Source of the DNA: Cheilinus undulatus
Lineage: Eukaryota
DNA: 64,000 bases
Assembly: GCF_018320785.1 (NCBI RefSeq)
Contig: NC_054885.1
Span: 14,917,132-14,981,131 of the forward strand
Reading direction: 5' to 3'
Of this stretch, positions 28,301 to 42,589 are shown one piece after another. The notes beneath the pieces were generated by a model. It worked only from the letters and a program-made list of their open reading frames with translations. It ran no database searches and was not told the origin of the DNA. The translations under genes and the position numbers were made by a program. The stretch's first letter is position 1. Every line of letters starts with the position of its first letter.

Positions 28301-28829
28301 TCGCCATTACACGCCTTACTTCAGCCTCAAATTTCGGCCCAAAAATGCCTAAAACTTCTGCAGTGTACTATATGTAACACTGCATTTCAAAATGGCCTGA
28401 AATTTTACCCTTATTGATACAGAAGTTAAGTGACCAGCAGTCATAGTAGCCAGCTGAACTGACAGTAGTGTCAGGTAGGTCAACCAGCTTTTTCTAGCAG
28501 AAAATTCAACATGATTTGATCCTCATGACTCAGCAGAAAACTCACATTTTTTTCAAAACTCATATTTCTGTTAGTATACTCTACTGGCACACAGCACAGA
28601 TCTCAACAGGAGAGTGTTATCCCAAATCATGTACTTCCATTGCACACTTACCAGAAGTGGCACCCGTTAAATCTGTTCTTCTGTCTTTGGCAATCATCAT
28701 TAAAATCTGACCACTATTTTCACACACAATTAATTTAACCCATATTTTATCTTTTACATTATTCCCTCAAAGAAATTAAACTTCTTAATTTGCCTTAATT
28801 GCCTTATGCTTGATTAAAATGGGCGGTAG

Positions 28830-29160
28830 TTGCATGTTAGCTTGGTAGGTAATGCTATTGTAGCTAGCATGCCAGTGGTACCAAATGTGCTATGTCACCA
28901 ATATGAGTTTACTGAGGATGTGAGGTGTACTCACATCTTTAGAAGTAGTTACACAAGCAGTTCATGGCTTTAGCATTGCTAACTTTAGCTTATGCTAACA
29001 AAGCTACACTAGGTGCGTAGCTATCACTTCTACATAAGACAATGTAGCTAAGTTAGCTTAGCAAATGAGAGTTTTAGCTAGCACAGCTAAAGCTAATGTA
29101 GCTACATGCTTTGTAAGCTTAGCTTTGGCCATGTCAGCTACGTTTGCTGTGTGAGAACGT
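28830..29160. repeat. AGCTA-word satellite-related repeat, short array
   Basis: Dense gctagca/agctaac/tagctacat words. Its 3' flank is homologous to 55850-55900. Confidence 0.7.
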
Positions 29161-32100
29161 TTGCATAGAGGACAAGCTCTTTTTTCTGTACGTAGACTGT
29201 TTACTTGGCTTCATTAAACATTTTATCAGGTTTTGCAGGTCATGTTTTTATCTTTTAACTTTTGGTATCCAACTGTTACCTTAATCCTTAATCTGACTAG
29301 TTTTTAGGATGTATTTCCGTTCTAACAGAGATGGTGTCTCAGATGATCAGGTGTGGGAGTGGCTGTTATAGATGTCTGCAGCCAGACCCATCTCACTCAA
29401 AATATTAAGAATTTAGTAGAAGTGTGCAATTTGGAAGAACCAGTCTATGTTTAATGTTGAACCTTACTTGTTGATTATAAACTGTAAAAGATATTTTCAT
29501 CATGCTAACAGGCTAAGGCTAAGCTAACAGGTCTTAGTTTGCTGCGTCATGCTAACAGACTATGGGTGAAGTTGAGTAAAGGTCCAAGAAAGTGTTTCAA
29601 CCCTTTGGCTTACAATTTCCAGTAAAATTCCAGTATCCTCCCACTGCTAATGGAGCATAAATATGAAGTGGAAACCATTTCTGTCTAGTATGGATGGCTG
29701 TGCTGTTCATGGTAACAGTATTATGAGGATCTCACATTAGAAAGGTTAGAGGTTAGACTTTCCATATCTGGCAGCTGAGCTAATACATTAGTTTGTTTTT
29801 TACTTTAAATGATATTAAGATGTTTACAGAAAGGATTAGCTTGTGTGACTTTATTTTGGGTTAAAATGGGCGAGCATCTACTGCAACACAATGGATGGGC
29901 CAGCCTGGAGGTTTCATACACTGAGTTTACCCCCCACTAATATGGAAGCTAAACTCCTTGATAATTGAAGCGACTTCCTGGAAACAGCATTTGGATGATG
30001 TGATGAAAACAGATACTGCTGTGTTCAGTTTTGGCTTTGCTGGATGTACCTGGGAGGGTAAATCTTTACAGATCTCTGTTGAGGCTCATTTTTCTTTCCT
30101 CAGTCATGAAAATACATTTTCAACAATATTACCATCTCTAGCTTCTTACCTAAACACTGGGAAAGACGTTTAAAGAATGCTTCCAGGAGGCGCAGTCTAG
30201 CATGGACCTCCACTTCTCCTTTGTTTCTGTCCAAGTGACATTCACTTCCCGTCCGATCTTTGCCCAGCTGTTCCGGCAGTATTTGAACGTCCATGTTCAT
30301 TCATATGTTTACAGTTCCCAACCAAAGCAGGCTACACTCTTCAACACTGCCCTATGATTTCCAGTGGTATTGCAAGTTTGTTTGGTGTCTGTAAGCTTCC
30401 AGGAAATGTGGACAAATTGAACACCAAGTATGAACAGAAGGCTCAGTTTAACATAAACATGTGGCTGTCAAACTCACACAGGTAGCATGCTTCAAAAATC
30501 AGCCTGTCTTTGGGCCTGTTTACAGCTTTACACCAGCCCTATTTACACAGAATCAATATAAGCAGTTGTGTTTGTACGCTATGATTAGGAGGGTGATTAT
30601 CAGTCAGAATGACCCATCAGCAGCTTCCATTTAAAACTGTGGAGGTTTCATGTTTCATTCTCATATCAGTCAAACCTTAATCATTTCATTTTCTCTCACA
30701 TCACATCATTTCTCTGATATTTGCCATGCTGTGAATCGCACGGATCACATTACTATTGCACTCTTAACTGAACTGTGAAAATTCAAACTGCATCCTATTG
30801 TTACCATGACTGATGATGATGATGATATCTCAATACAAGTGGTTCTTCCTTGTTGTTGCATGATGCAATATGTTTATTATATTTCTATCTCTATACCCCT
30901 CTTGCCTGTTTTCTAACTAAAGTGTTTACATGAGGACACATTGAGGAATGGCTCACGTTAAACTCCTGCTGTTTACAGTGTTATTGTTCATCTTTTATGC
31001 ACGACTGGATGTATGAATGTGGCTTTCTATACGATATCGTTGAACTGTTGTTTACACTGATCTCGTGCTTTACAGTTGTTCTTATATTTCTATCAGGTGT
31101 TTTATGTACAATGCAACAATAAATTTGGAATGCAACACAGACTGAGCTCTGGGTTTGAGTTTGTTTATGCCGTGCTGCTCTTAGAGGTTTGTGGTTCACT
31201 ACTGCCCCCTAGAGACAAAACAGAGAAGTACAACAGAATCTTACAAGGACTCAGCTGATTGAAGCACTGACCCTCAAAACAAGTTGAAGGTACTTGAACT
31301 TTACTCAAGTCTCTTTGCTTCTACTCCATCTCTAATGAGAGGGCTGCAGTTTTTACAGCATTAGGTTTTGCAGACACAACATATGAAAACACTAAATATA
31401 CAGTATGATTGAGATGGTAGCCCAAAGGGGGCATCCATACTATACATTGATATTATTGTTGTATCTTTTGGTGATAACTGATAAGAAGTTTGTTGTTTTG
31501 AATGTCAACGTATACATTTTTCATTCTCAAAATTGCAAAAGCACAAAACAAGTATAGAAATTCCCTGATCTCATTATTGCAGTGTTAATTCTGGCAGCTA
31601 TTTCTAATTTTAGTTTGTCTTTAAATGAAATGCATTTTAGTTTTAGGCACATTTTAGTCATTTCTACTCTTTTTAGATTTAGTCTAGTTTTAGTCGACAA
31701 AAACTCAAAACATTTTAGTCTAGTTTTAGTCCATAAAAAGTCAAAACATTTTAGTCTTTACTTTTATTCCAATCATTTATTTTCTTGCCTTAATTTGGTA
31801 CCAAATCATGCTAGTGTGTTCTCTGCACCCTGTCAAACCTGGGGTCCCTGCTTTCTACAGCTGAGAGGCGGAATACCAACAGATGCATTGCATTGCATTT
31901 TGAATGTCTGATGAAAACTAAATTCCATTTGGTCTAGTCTAGTCTAGTTTTAGTCATCAAAGATCTATTTTTGTTAGTTTTAGTCTAGTTTTTGTCATGG
32001 AAAAAAAAAGTCTGTCGACGAATTGTTATAGTCGACGAAATTAACACTGGATTATTGCAGCCTATGGCATCATGACATGCCATGGTCTTGCTATCATAGC

Positions 32101-33520
32101 GACCAGACTAGTGTTTTGTGAGCTGGATCACCAGCAATTATCTCATCACAGGAAAAAATGTAGATGATAACAGTTTGAACATTTATTTGTTAAAAAAAAA
32201 AGACATGTCACATCAATACAAAATACTCATCATCTCACAGAATCAAAGTCTCCTCAGAGATCAACACATTCACCCTGATAACCCAACGGGCTTCACCACT
32301 GTCAAAATGTTTATTCATGTTACTGTAAAAATATCTCATCTTGTCTTTTGCAGTGTGAAGCTGTTTCCCGTCATGTTTTACAATCAGCTGTCTCCAAAAG
32401 CACAGATATTTCCAGGAGTGACATCAGACGAGATGAGACCCCTCTGACAGCCATCAAAGAGAAAATAAATATTAATCTATGTGTAGTATTGCAGCAGCAA
32501 GGCTGCTCCAAAAAAGTCTCTCCACATGAGTTCATTAGATCAGTTTTAAAATCCAGTACACGTGTACTTCTTCAGCTACATTAATTAATTACCCTCTCTT
32601 GGTGATGAAGTTCACATGTGGAAACCAAACAGGAATGACAACACAGCAGAACAAATGTACTAAAACATGTCAACATCTATGGGCTCTCTACTTTTCCTTC
32701 TTTATCCAAGGCCCTTACTGGTTTTACATACAGACCTAATGCCTCCACTCTACACTCTTCCTTTGCACTCAAATAAACCCTGCTGTTGCTATTGTTCACT
32801 CTGCTTGGGCTTAAAAGTACACAAACACAGCCTAATCAATCAAACAATAAAATGCTGAAAATATTTTAAAGCAATAGTAACAGCATATCTAATAGTAGGC
32901 TTAACGTTTGAGCACAAGCAGAGGGAATCAAGACACAAGCAGGGACCGTTTTAGTGCAATGGCAGGGTTTTCAGTTAAAGTATTACAAAATCAATGGAGA
33001 ATAAATTATGGGACAAAGCCCTGGAGTAAGACATGGAAAATGCCCTACATGTGTCAATAAAAACATCTACCCCTATGGAAATTTTTAAGGACATTTGCAG
33101 AAATTCCCTTTCACACATGCTGCTCACTGTGGGAGATTTTCCCTGACAAGAGAAAAGCAGGTTCAAGGTGCAATTTTCTCGCTCTTGTGATGTTTTGTCT
33201 TCAGTATGAATGTCACAGAGGCGTCCTGGGGGGATGAAGAGATCCCACCTCTGTGCTGGCATCAGAGGTAGTAACAGAAGTGTTGTGTGCATGTCTGACT
33301 TTGTATGTGGGGCACCTAACATTTGTTTCCACAACGCTGTAACCCACTGTGAAATTACGCAAAACAAAGACATTGTGGAATCATCATGAATGCACAGATG
33401 GCAGCAGAGCTTTGTTTCAGTACTGTAACAAAAACACAATAAAAGGGCTTAACTAGAAAGTTGACGACAAATCCAAGTTGGTGGGTGGGGCAACAAAGTG
33501 AAACATATTTACAGTATACA

Positions 33521-34872
33521 GATGTGTCTCAAAAAATAAGAATATCATGTTTTTTGATGTGATTTCATTCCAAATTTTCAACCCAGATATGCTAGACTAA
33601 TCTCATTTAAAGTGAAATATTTGAGGATTTTTTTTGTTTTGTTTTAATCTTGATGATTACAGCTTCTCTTACAATCCACTCTCTCCAAATATTACAAAAC
33701 ATCAGTCCAAAAAAAGATTTGTAATACAGAAATGTTGACCTTCTGGAAAATTATGCTCATTTATGCACTCAGAACTTAGTCTGGTCTCTGTTTACACAAA
33801 TTACTACGTCCATGTGACGTGGCATGGAGACGATCAGTCCGTGGCACTGCTGGGGTGTTAAGAAGCCCAGGTTGCTGTGATAGCAGCCTTCAGCTCATCT
33901 GGATTGTTGAGTCTGGGGTCTAACTTTTCACTATGTCCAAGAGATTCTCTATGGGGTTCAGGTCCAGCTAGGTGGCTGGTCAATCAAGTAAAGTAACACC
34001 ATGGTCGGCAAACCAGTTTCTGGTAGTTTTGGCTTCACTGTGGGCAAGTCCTGCTGGAAAAGGAAATCAGTATCTCTATAAAAGTTCTCAGCAGATGGAA
34101 GTGCTTTAAGATCTCCTGGTAGATGGCTGGCAGCATGGACTCTGGACTTGATAAAGCACAGTGGACTAACAGCAGTAGATGACAAACCATCACTGACTGT
34201 GAACACTGAAAACACTGGTTCTTTTTCTCCTTAGCCAACATGAGACGCTTATGACGTCTGCGGTTCAGGATTTGCTCAACACCAGGAACATGGCACTTGT
34301 AGTCTATTTCCTGGGCCTCTCTGTGTAGTGGCTCTTGATCCATTGACTCCAGCCTCAGCCCACTCCTTGTGAAGCTCCCTGAAGTTCTTAAATCTGCTTT
34401 GTTTGAGGAGGCTGAGCTCATCCCTTTTGCTTGTTCTCTGTTTCTTACCACACTTTTTCAGTCAACTCTCCATGAATATGCTCTGATACAGCCTCTGATA
34501 CAGCTTGTCCTTTCAGCAGTGACCTTATGAGCCTTACCCTCCTTGTGAAGGGTGTCAGTGATTGTCCTCTGGACAACAGTCAAGTCAGCAGTCTTTCCCA
34601 TGATTGCAGTTGTGTGTACTGAACCAGGGTGAGAGAATAAAGGCTCAGGAAATGTTTGACAATTGGACTTTTCCACAATATTGTAATATTTTTAGATTGT
34701 GAACTTTAGATTTTGTGAGCTGTAATCATCAAGATTAAAACAAAAGAGGATTGAAAAATTACACACTGCATGAGATCAATCCAGAATACAAGAAAGTTGA
34801 ACTTCAATTAAATCATAGCAAAAACACCCAAACTTATCGAGATATTCTAATTTTTTTTAGGTGTATCTGTAT
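33521..34872 (-). mobile_element. Tc1-like DNA transposon, near full length, degenerate transposase
   Basis: Termini are TACAGATGTGTCTCAAAAAATAAGAATATCATG... at the left and ...GATATTCTAATTTTTTTTAGGTGTATCTGTA at the right. Subterminal inverted repeats lie at 33620/34700. Minus-strand ORFs encode transposase pieces (ITDTLHKEGK..., DDE region), interrupted by stops. Confidence 0.8.
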
Positions 34873-37800
34873 ATGGAAGGGTGGGACAAAACAGAAACAG
34901 TAAGCAGAAAGACTGTAGAGCAACCATATCTTTCAAAAACATCAAACTGGTTTGCACTGATTGAATTTTAAAAACATTAAGAATGAATGGTTTCTTAGGG
35001 GCCTGGCAGGAAAAAATCCAGATAAATTTGAAGTAAAATTTCCGTCCTTTAAGAGCTCACTTGGAAAATTTTGAGTAAATAATCAAAACATGGGGCATTT
35101 ATGAAAAGATTATGTTCAGGTCTTTGAACCAAAAATTTTGTTTGTAACAGCTCTGGAGTTTTAGATTACAAGATCTTCCTCAGCAGAAGAGGAATTTTTA
35201 TTTGCAGTAGCTGTCTCTTTGTGTGTGTTTTTTTTTTTTTTTCTTTTTTTTTTACTTAGTTTCCCCCCAAAGTTTCATTTAATTAATTTGGGGTGGAAAA
35301 AGTCCTTCAATTTTGTTCTTTCTAGGACTGATAATCTATTTACTATATGGTAGATATACGTAAAAATTAGCTGAAACCATAGAAACATTAGTGATGTTGG
35401 GGGGGAGGGAGGTGTTTTGGATAAATTGGTTACTTGGTGTATTGATCATACCCAGATCTGTATCATCAGTAAAACCTTTTTAGATCTTCAAACTGTGTGA
35501 GTCTTATTTTCCTCTTCAAACTGTCATTTATGGTTCTTTTACCCTATGAGCCCATCAAGTGCAAACTTCAATTCCTCACATTATTTCTTTAACTTCTCCA
35601 CATTGGTTGACAGCGACTGTCAGATGCAAAAGTCTCTGAGACTGAATACGACGATCCTGGAGTCAGGGTCTTTTTGGGGTTGATGGATCCCCTGCAGGCG
35701 GGTTCTCCAGAAATCACACACTTACTTGTAAAAGTTAACATAAATAAAAATAAATAAATAAATACAAAGGCATGAATGATCAGTCTAGCTGCCTACAAAC
35801 ATCATACTGTGAAAACACAATGCTTGTTAAAGATGCTCAGCAGGAGGATCAAAGAGAAACCGTCAGTGGGAATGTAGATCCGGTTCAACGGGAGACCTCT
35901 GCTGCTCGTCCTATGAAATCCTTCTTTTCTTTCATCACAAACCTCAATCATGCTGCATCACAAACCAGTGGGATTTAGATATATAGTTTCCTTTCTGTTC
36001 TATTATCAAACGTTTGGTCTAAACCTGCTACATTATTGCATCTAATCATATAAAAAGTGTTGTTTTGTTTTGCTGAACCATCATCAGTTTTTAATGTCTG
36101 CTAGACAAAGCTTCCCTCCTCAGGTTTATGCTAATGTTCACGAGTCTACTGTGCTGCAGTCTTAGTCAGAAACTTAAGCTGATGGCTTCTATGTCCTTGC
36201 TTTGTACCGAAGAGATGAATAATAGATTCTGTCGTGATCTTCTGAACAATCTTTAAGTAATCTTAGTAAGCCTGACTGATAGAGCAAGTAGCTGATATTA
36301 TCAGGCAATCATAGCATAGTCCTCAAGAAGCTGCCAGACAGCAGGGGGCATGGTCCTCCTGTCAACCAAGACAGGACGACCACAGTGTACGAGATCAGCT
36401 AAAAAGAGGCAAGTGAATCTTCTGAGGAAGACTGCAGGAAGTAAGCAGTCGAAACATGTCAAGGTAACAAAAAATGCAACTTGTCTGGCAGTACAAATAC
36501 ACAGAAAAAAAGGAATTAGTATTTACCTTTATGTTTATAGACAGACCAAAAAACTCAGAATGATTAGAACAGTGTTGCTGCATCATTAACTAAGCTAGGG
36601 TTATAGTTTACTACAGTAATACTCTTGTTGCTAAACAAGGAGCAAAGCATCAGAGCTGAGCAGATGGTATTTGACAACTAGCAATAGTGAGGATGCATTG
36701 GTTCAACATTGGTATCAGCAATATCGCCCCTGCTAACAGACATCCGCAAACAATGTGGTATGAATAGATGTCAGCGCAAGATTTTTATCAGTTATGTATC
36801 ATCAGTTTAATCCTGGTATACAAGTTGCAATCATGTAATCCCAAATGTTCTGGAGGCAGGAAGTGGGGGAGAGCCATTAGGAATAAAAAGGAACAAAGGA
36901 GTTAGTACTTTACAGCTCTAAAAGCATCTCTATGGTGCAATTATCACAGAATTTCTACATTCACTGAATTCGATGCCTTCACTTAAGTAAACGTGTTTTT
37001 CATCACAGATTAACTGATTTTCTTGGCATGGAGGTGATCAATATAAGAAAATTACTCAGTCCTGCAGACCTGGTCTAGTCAGATGAAGGGAAACAAGAGT
37101 CTGGAGGACTCTTGTACTGAGCTAAGAGGCTAGCTGAGCCCTTTAGCATTCAAAAAAGTCCTCATTATGTCGCAGAAATGCTTTAAATTAAAACAGTGAT
37201 TTACTTTCAACCAAACAAACCTTGTTGGGTAAGCGACCAAGTAATGATGCACCGTTAATGAACAAGCCTGTGTTAAAAAAAGCTATTTAATGTGAGCCAT
37301 GGTAGCTAGCTCCCATTTGAGTGCCAGTTTCCTTTCCTACTTCCATTGTCATTATTTAATCGACATTTAAAAAGCCAAACTGTGACCAAACGAATAGTCT
37401 TTTGGGGGTAAAACAACCGGCTCAGCTCAGTGAAGCTGGTTTCCTGTCACGAGTGAAGCTGGAGGTTGGTAATACAGACATCAGCTCTAGTAATACAGGT
37501 AAGATCTGAGTTTAATGAGCTAAACTGAAGCAAAACTGTACTGAACCAAACCAGACTACTTTGTGAAAACGGACCATACACAAGCGTTGTGTGACACCGC
37601 TCACCTAGGCTTTAGATAGATGGAGTTTTAGAGTCTTGCCTGCCATTTCTCCACGAGTTTAAAAAAACAACAACTCTTTTTTGCCCAAATATGTCACTAC
37701 TTTCTAGACACAAAAGAAGAAGGAAAAAAAAGTGGGAAATGCTATTTTGAGATTCCTGTACTTGTATATCTTTCCATACTTTTTGTACCTGCTTTCTATC

Positions 37801-38096
37801 AATAAAGGCGCATTGTATGACTTTGTTGTGTTGTGTTTGCTATTGAAATAAAGATTTACACCCCTGTAAAAATATTATAGCTGTAGTTTCTAGGTAAGTT
37901 ATGGGTATTGTATATGATAATGGGATGTAAAAAGGAAGCCTGTAACCTAAGAAGATGCACCACTTCAGTATAAACAAATACTATGATTATATGCATCAAA
38001 AACTAGACATATGCCTGTCTTATTCATATCTACAGCCCACTATTTTGTGATGCCATGATCTCTCCTAAAGTGACGGACCTCTCCTGAACGGACCAA

Positions 38097-39146
38097 TCAG
38101 GCGTTAACCATGAAACACATGTCCTTCTTTAAGTGAATCTGCAAACCGCCCGTGTTAGTTAGTGTCTTGGAGCACTGAACACCGCGGTCTGGTTTCTCCC
38201 CTGCATGTGTGCGTTTGTGTTTCTTCATGGTGTCTCCATCGCTGAACGTGCGGCAGCAGTATGGGCAGCTGTATGGCCGCTCCCCTGTGTGAATACGCAG
38301 GTGACGCCGCAGGTTTCCTCTCTGGCTGAAACTCTTGGAGCAAAAGTTGCAGCGGTGCGGTCTCTCGCCCGTGTGCGTGCGCAGGTGACGCCGCAGGTCT
38401 GCGGACTGTGCGAAAGACTTGCAGCACCACTCGCAGGCGTAGGTCTTTCTCTTCTGCTCCAAGTGGAGGCGGAGGCTGCTGGCCTGGTCGAACGCCTCGC
38501 CACAGCGAGGGCAGCGATGGACGAGTTCAGGGATGTACGCGGCTGCTGCAGCGTCGTTGGAAACAGCCGGCTTCTCCTGAGGTTTCTTTTTGCGATGAGC
38601 TTCGTGTCGGTCTGAAAGCACCAGCACAGTTCTGTCGGCATCTGTTCTGAAACTCGGCTGTTCCTGTGTGATGTGAGCGGATCCGGCTGCTGTCAAAGAC
38701 TCAGTCTGACCTTCAGGTTCACTCACTTTGTACTCCTCAGGTTCAGCTTTGATCAGAGGAGGAGCTGGGGCCTGCGTCTCCTCTCTCAGCACTGGAACTT
38801 GAACATGAATCTTAGGAACAGAGGTGGTGGGAGGATTTAGAGAGGAGTGAGTAGGAAGAGGTGATGCTTTCTTTAATTCCTCATTGTGCGGTTCACACTT
38901 TAACACCGTCTCCCTGACCTCAACAGGCTTCTTCTCTCGTGGCAGGATTACCGGCCCTGGAGACGTCTCGCCCTGCAGTGATGGGAGTTGCACCGAAACA
39001 ACCTGCTCATGAATAGGATTGGAGGTGTTGGCTGGTGAGCGTTTGGGCTGGTTCAGGGTGGAGTCTGACTCCTCTGAGAGAGGCCTCAGCTGCAAATCAG
39101 GTTGCTGCTGCTGCTGGTCTGAAGCTGCAAACCCAACACTGGACCT
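38097..39146 (-). CDS. C2H2 zinc-finger protein, exon 2 (linker plus 3-4 C2H2 fingers, includes stop)
   Basis: Acceptor ttgttccag|GGG on the minus strand, in phase 0 with exon 1. The 350-codon ORF runs to the stop at 38097-38099. The linker is Pro/Ser/Gln-rich. C2H2 units: [69 protein letters not shown]. There are degenerate fingers on each side, joined by TGERP linkers. Predicted product is about 413 aa. Confidence 0.7.
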   Translation of the reverse strand, partial: RSSVGFAASDQQQQQPDLQLRPLSEESDSTLNQPKRSPANTSNPIHEQVVSVQLPSLQGETSPGPVILPREKKPVEVRETVLKCEPHNEELKKASPLPTHSSLNPPTTSVPKIHVQVPVLREETQAPAPPLIKAEPEEYKVSEPEGQTESLTAAGSAHITQEQPSFRTDADRTVLVLSDRHEAHRKKKPQEKPAVSNDAAAAAYIPELVHRCPRCGEAFDQASSLRLHLEQKRKTYACEWCCKSFAQSADLRRHLRTHTGERPHRCNFCSKSFSQRGNLRRHLRIHTGERPYSCPYCCRTFSDGDTMKKHKRTHAGEKPDRGVQCSKTLTNTGGLQIHLKKDMCFMVNA

Positions 39147-39564
39147 GGTCGACCCTGGAACAACACACAGTAACACAACAGAGCTGCGTCAGAGACAAAC
39201 AAATATCACAGGCAGCCTTGAAGCTCTTAATTTGCAATAGAAATACACATCAAGTCCCAATGGGGGGAAAAGGGCTGAGTTCAGCAATGATTTTCAACAT
39301 AATGACAGTTAGAATAGCATTTCAGTAACCTAAAAATGCTCTTGTTCTTCAACTACTCATTTAACTTGCCTTTTAGTTGAATCTTCACATTGTGGACTGT
39401 GCTTTTAAGGTTATAAACTTGAAAAAAGTTCAGCACTTTTTTTTTGTCACCAATACTTTAGAAGCTACATTTTGTTATTATTTCAATGGTGGTGGAGGTG
39501 ACAAGCCATTAAAAGATTTATGGAAACAGGAATGCCTTTGAGTTATATGAGCTTATGAAAAATG

Positions 39565-41120
39565 CAATGCCTATAAAATTATTCAACCTCTTGGATATTT
39601 TACCCTTTTATTGGTTTGATAAATCAATCAGGGTCAGTATGATTGGGATATTTGACAAAGAAAAGAAACATTTACTGTCAAAGTGAAAACAGATTTCTAC
39701 AAATTAAGGTCAATTAAACAAAAACATGCCAGTTAAAATACTTGATTGCATGAATATCCACCCCCTTTAAAATGACTGACCAAATTCAACAGAGTTTGGT
39801 GTTAGAACTCTCACAGTTAGTGAAATGTGGATCAACAGAGTCCAGTGAATGCATCTCAAGTGACTGCAGTCTAAAGACACATCTGTCTAGAAGGTCCAGT
39901 AACTGGTTAATCAGTATGCTTGGCTAACATTACACCCTGAAGACAAAAGAACACTCCAAGCAACTCAGAGAAAATGTTACTGAAAATACAAGACAGGGGA
40001 TGGATACAAGTAAATTTCAAGGCACTAAACATCCTCCAGAGTTCAGTTAAATCCATCGTCATGACATGGAAGGATTATGGCACATGTGTAAATCATTCTA
40101 GATCAGGCTGTCCTCACAAACTGAATGACCTTGCAAGAAGAAGACTAGTGAGAGAGGCCACCAAGACACCTATGACTGCTCTGAAGGAGTTACAACCTTC
40201 AGCAGCTGAGATAAGAGAGATTTTGCATACAACAACTGTTCCCTGGGTTCTTCATCAATCAGAGCTTTTAGGGAACATGGCAAAGAGAAAGCCACTGTTG
40301 AAGAAAACTCATTAAATCTCAACTAGAGTTCACCGAAAGGCATGAGGGAGACTCCATGGTTAAGTGGAAGAACGTTATTTGGTCTGATGAGACCAAAATG
40401 TTGCTTTTTGGCCATCAGACCAGACGCTTTGTTTGGTGTACAACAAATACTGCGCATCACCACAAACACACCATCCCAACTGTGAAGTACAGTGATGGCA
40501 GCATCATGCTGTGGGGATGCTCCTCGGCAGCCGGACCTGGAAGGCTTGTAAAGGCAGGGGGTAAAATGAATGCAGAAAATTATAGGGAAGTCCTGGAAGA
40601 CAATCTTATTCAGGCTGCAGAAGAACTATGTCTTGGGAGAAGATTAATTTTTCAGCAAGGCAATGACCCTAAGCATACAGCAAAAGCTACACAGAAATGG
40701 TTTAAAGACAACAAGGTGAATGTTCTGTGAATGGTCAAGTCATAGCCCAGATCTCAATCCAAAAGAGATTGCCTAGACTGAGCTGGAGCAGTTTTGCAAA
40801 GAAGAATGGAATAAAATTGCAGCGCCTAGATGTGCAAGCCCGATTGAGACCTATCCAGACAAACTGATTGCTGTGATTGCAGCCAAAGGTGCATCTATTG
40901 CTGACTTGAGGGGGCTGAATATTTATGAAATCACTCATTGTACATTACATATTTTTATGTAATGACATTACTTTGAAGAAATCTGTTTTCACTTTAACAC
41001 TAAAGAGGTTTATTGTTAAAACAAAATTACAAAATCCCAAATAATGTTGACCACAATTGATTTATAAAGTCAATAAAATGGTGAAACATTCAAAGGAGTG
41101 AATTCTTATAGCTCTGTAAA
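39565..41120 (+). mobile_element. Tc1-like DNA transposon (different subfamily) inside the zinc-finger gene intron; transposase split into two ORFs
   Basis: ORF 39974-40315 is the paired-like N-terminus (...GCPHKLNDLARRRLVREATKTPMTALKELQ...). ORF 40356-40730 is the DDE core (WSDETKM...QQGNDPKHTAKATQKWF...). Inverted terminal repeats of about 200 bp lie at about 39565-39760 and 40930-41120. Confidence 0.8.
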
Positions 41121-41580
41121 ATATAATTAAAGTCTGCAACTCATTAGAACTTTAGTGGAAAGAACAGACCCTAGGCAGTTTTCTTTCTGTTTACTGTTTT
41201 TGTCGTTCATGACTCAGCCAACACAGCCATGCTTTTCCATGTATTCTGTTATAATACGCATGAAAATTAATTCGCAATATAGCTTCATTTATCCAAAGAA
41301 TCAGCTCCTTTTCTTCCTAAGTTGGTGCAATAGCTGACGCCAGAATGTAGGAAAAGGGAAGCTATAAAAAACGCAAAGAAAAGTCAATTTTGTAACAAAA
41401 ATCGACCAATGTAGAGTATTTCATCCCAGCCGAATTTAAAATCGCAACTTTATTAAATTTTGTAACTGTTTCACTTATATTTATTCCGACATAAAGCTTT
41501 ATTCTCTTTGAAAGTTGACAATATTCCCGGATCAGTTTGGAGCCTTGGTATCGGTGCTAGCTGACTAGCTGTCTCTTACT

Positions 41581-41772
41581 TAGCCACTCCGTCTCGGCCT
41601 CCAGCAGCAGGATGTCCCGCAGCTGCCTCCGCAGGCTCTCGTTTTCCCGCTTGGTCCTGGCGGTCTCCTCCCGGTACTCGGTCACCGTGTCCTCCACCAC
41701 GTCCAGGATCTCCTTCACCACCACCGTCAGCCGCTCCGTTAGGTAGGCGTTCAGGAGCTGGAGTTTGGTCAT
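41581..41772 (-). CDS. C2H2 zinc-finger protein with teleost FiNZ-like N-terminal domain, exon 1 (64 codons from ATG)
   Basis: ATG at 41772-41770. Translation: MTKLQLLNAYLTERLTVVVKEILDVVEDTVTEYREETARTKRENESLRRQLRDILLLEAETEWL. This is the typical N-terminal domain of fish-specific FiNZ zinc-finger genes. GTAAGA donor follows immediately (minus strand, + strand 41580-41575). Exon ends in phase 0. Region is CpG-rich. Confidence 0.65.
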
Positions 41773-42050
41773 TTTGGAAACACAGACAGCTGCGGCAGCA
41801 TCCACACAGGAAACACAGACAGACAACAACAAACGAAACCGGAAACAGCTTGTATGAATCACCATGTACCTTCAGAATAAAAGTGGCTTCTAGAAAAAAA
41901 AAAAAAATTTAATTCCGATTTTATTTAAAAATGTTAGCACTGAAAAAATGAACATATAAATTACTTGTGGCTAGGATGGTTTTAGTCATTCATGGTTCTA
42001 TTTTTCCTATAAATATGAAATTAAGTTAATATCAATTTCAGACCAGCAAA
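41773..42050 (-). promoter_or_regulatory. Putative 5' UTR and core promoter region of the zinc-finger gene
   Basis: Sequence immediately upstream, on the minus strand, of the FiNZ-type ATG. No other exon is evident. The TSS was not determinable from sequence. Confidence 0.25.
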
Positions 42051-42589
42051 TGTGATTGGACAGAAGACACTCCTGTTGAAACTGATGCATCACTGGGACT
42101 TTTCACTGTCGTATCACTCCGCCTCAGTCAGGTATTCAGAATGTTGTGCATCATTATTCCTTAAAGTCTGGATGTGTGACACAAATCCATCTGGCGTGTC
42201 AGGTTAGCTCTTTTAAGTGTTTCTTGGAAAAATAAACCTCCCAGAAAACTTTAAAAAGGGAAGGTTTGGCCCAAGGAAATGATCCATTGCGAGTAACATC
42301 AATTAAACTGTTTCACACTTGAGTATACCGCGGTGAAGTTAGTTTTAGGTTGGATATTCACAGACATTCACTACGGATCTACCGGTGTCCTCTCACTCTT
42401 CATACCCAGGAATGGTAACAGCAGGACGGGTAAATCTGCTCAGCACCAGCGCCGTCAACGTCGGGTGATAATTAAGGGACCGCCAATAAATTATCTGTTG
42501 AAGTTCTCAAAATGGCAGTTTTTCTTCAATAGCTTCCATGTGATTTGACTCACTGTCCAAAAATCAACCTAAAATGATAATACTAAGAT

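Noticed and set aside
38155-38650. Four overlapping ORFs (80-138 aa) on both strands inside zinc-finger exon 2
   Set aside because: GC-rich coding exon read in wrong frames or antisense. The real frame is the 359 aa minus-strand ORF with C2H2 motifs.
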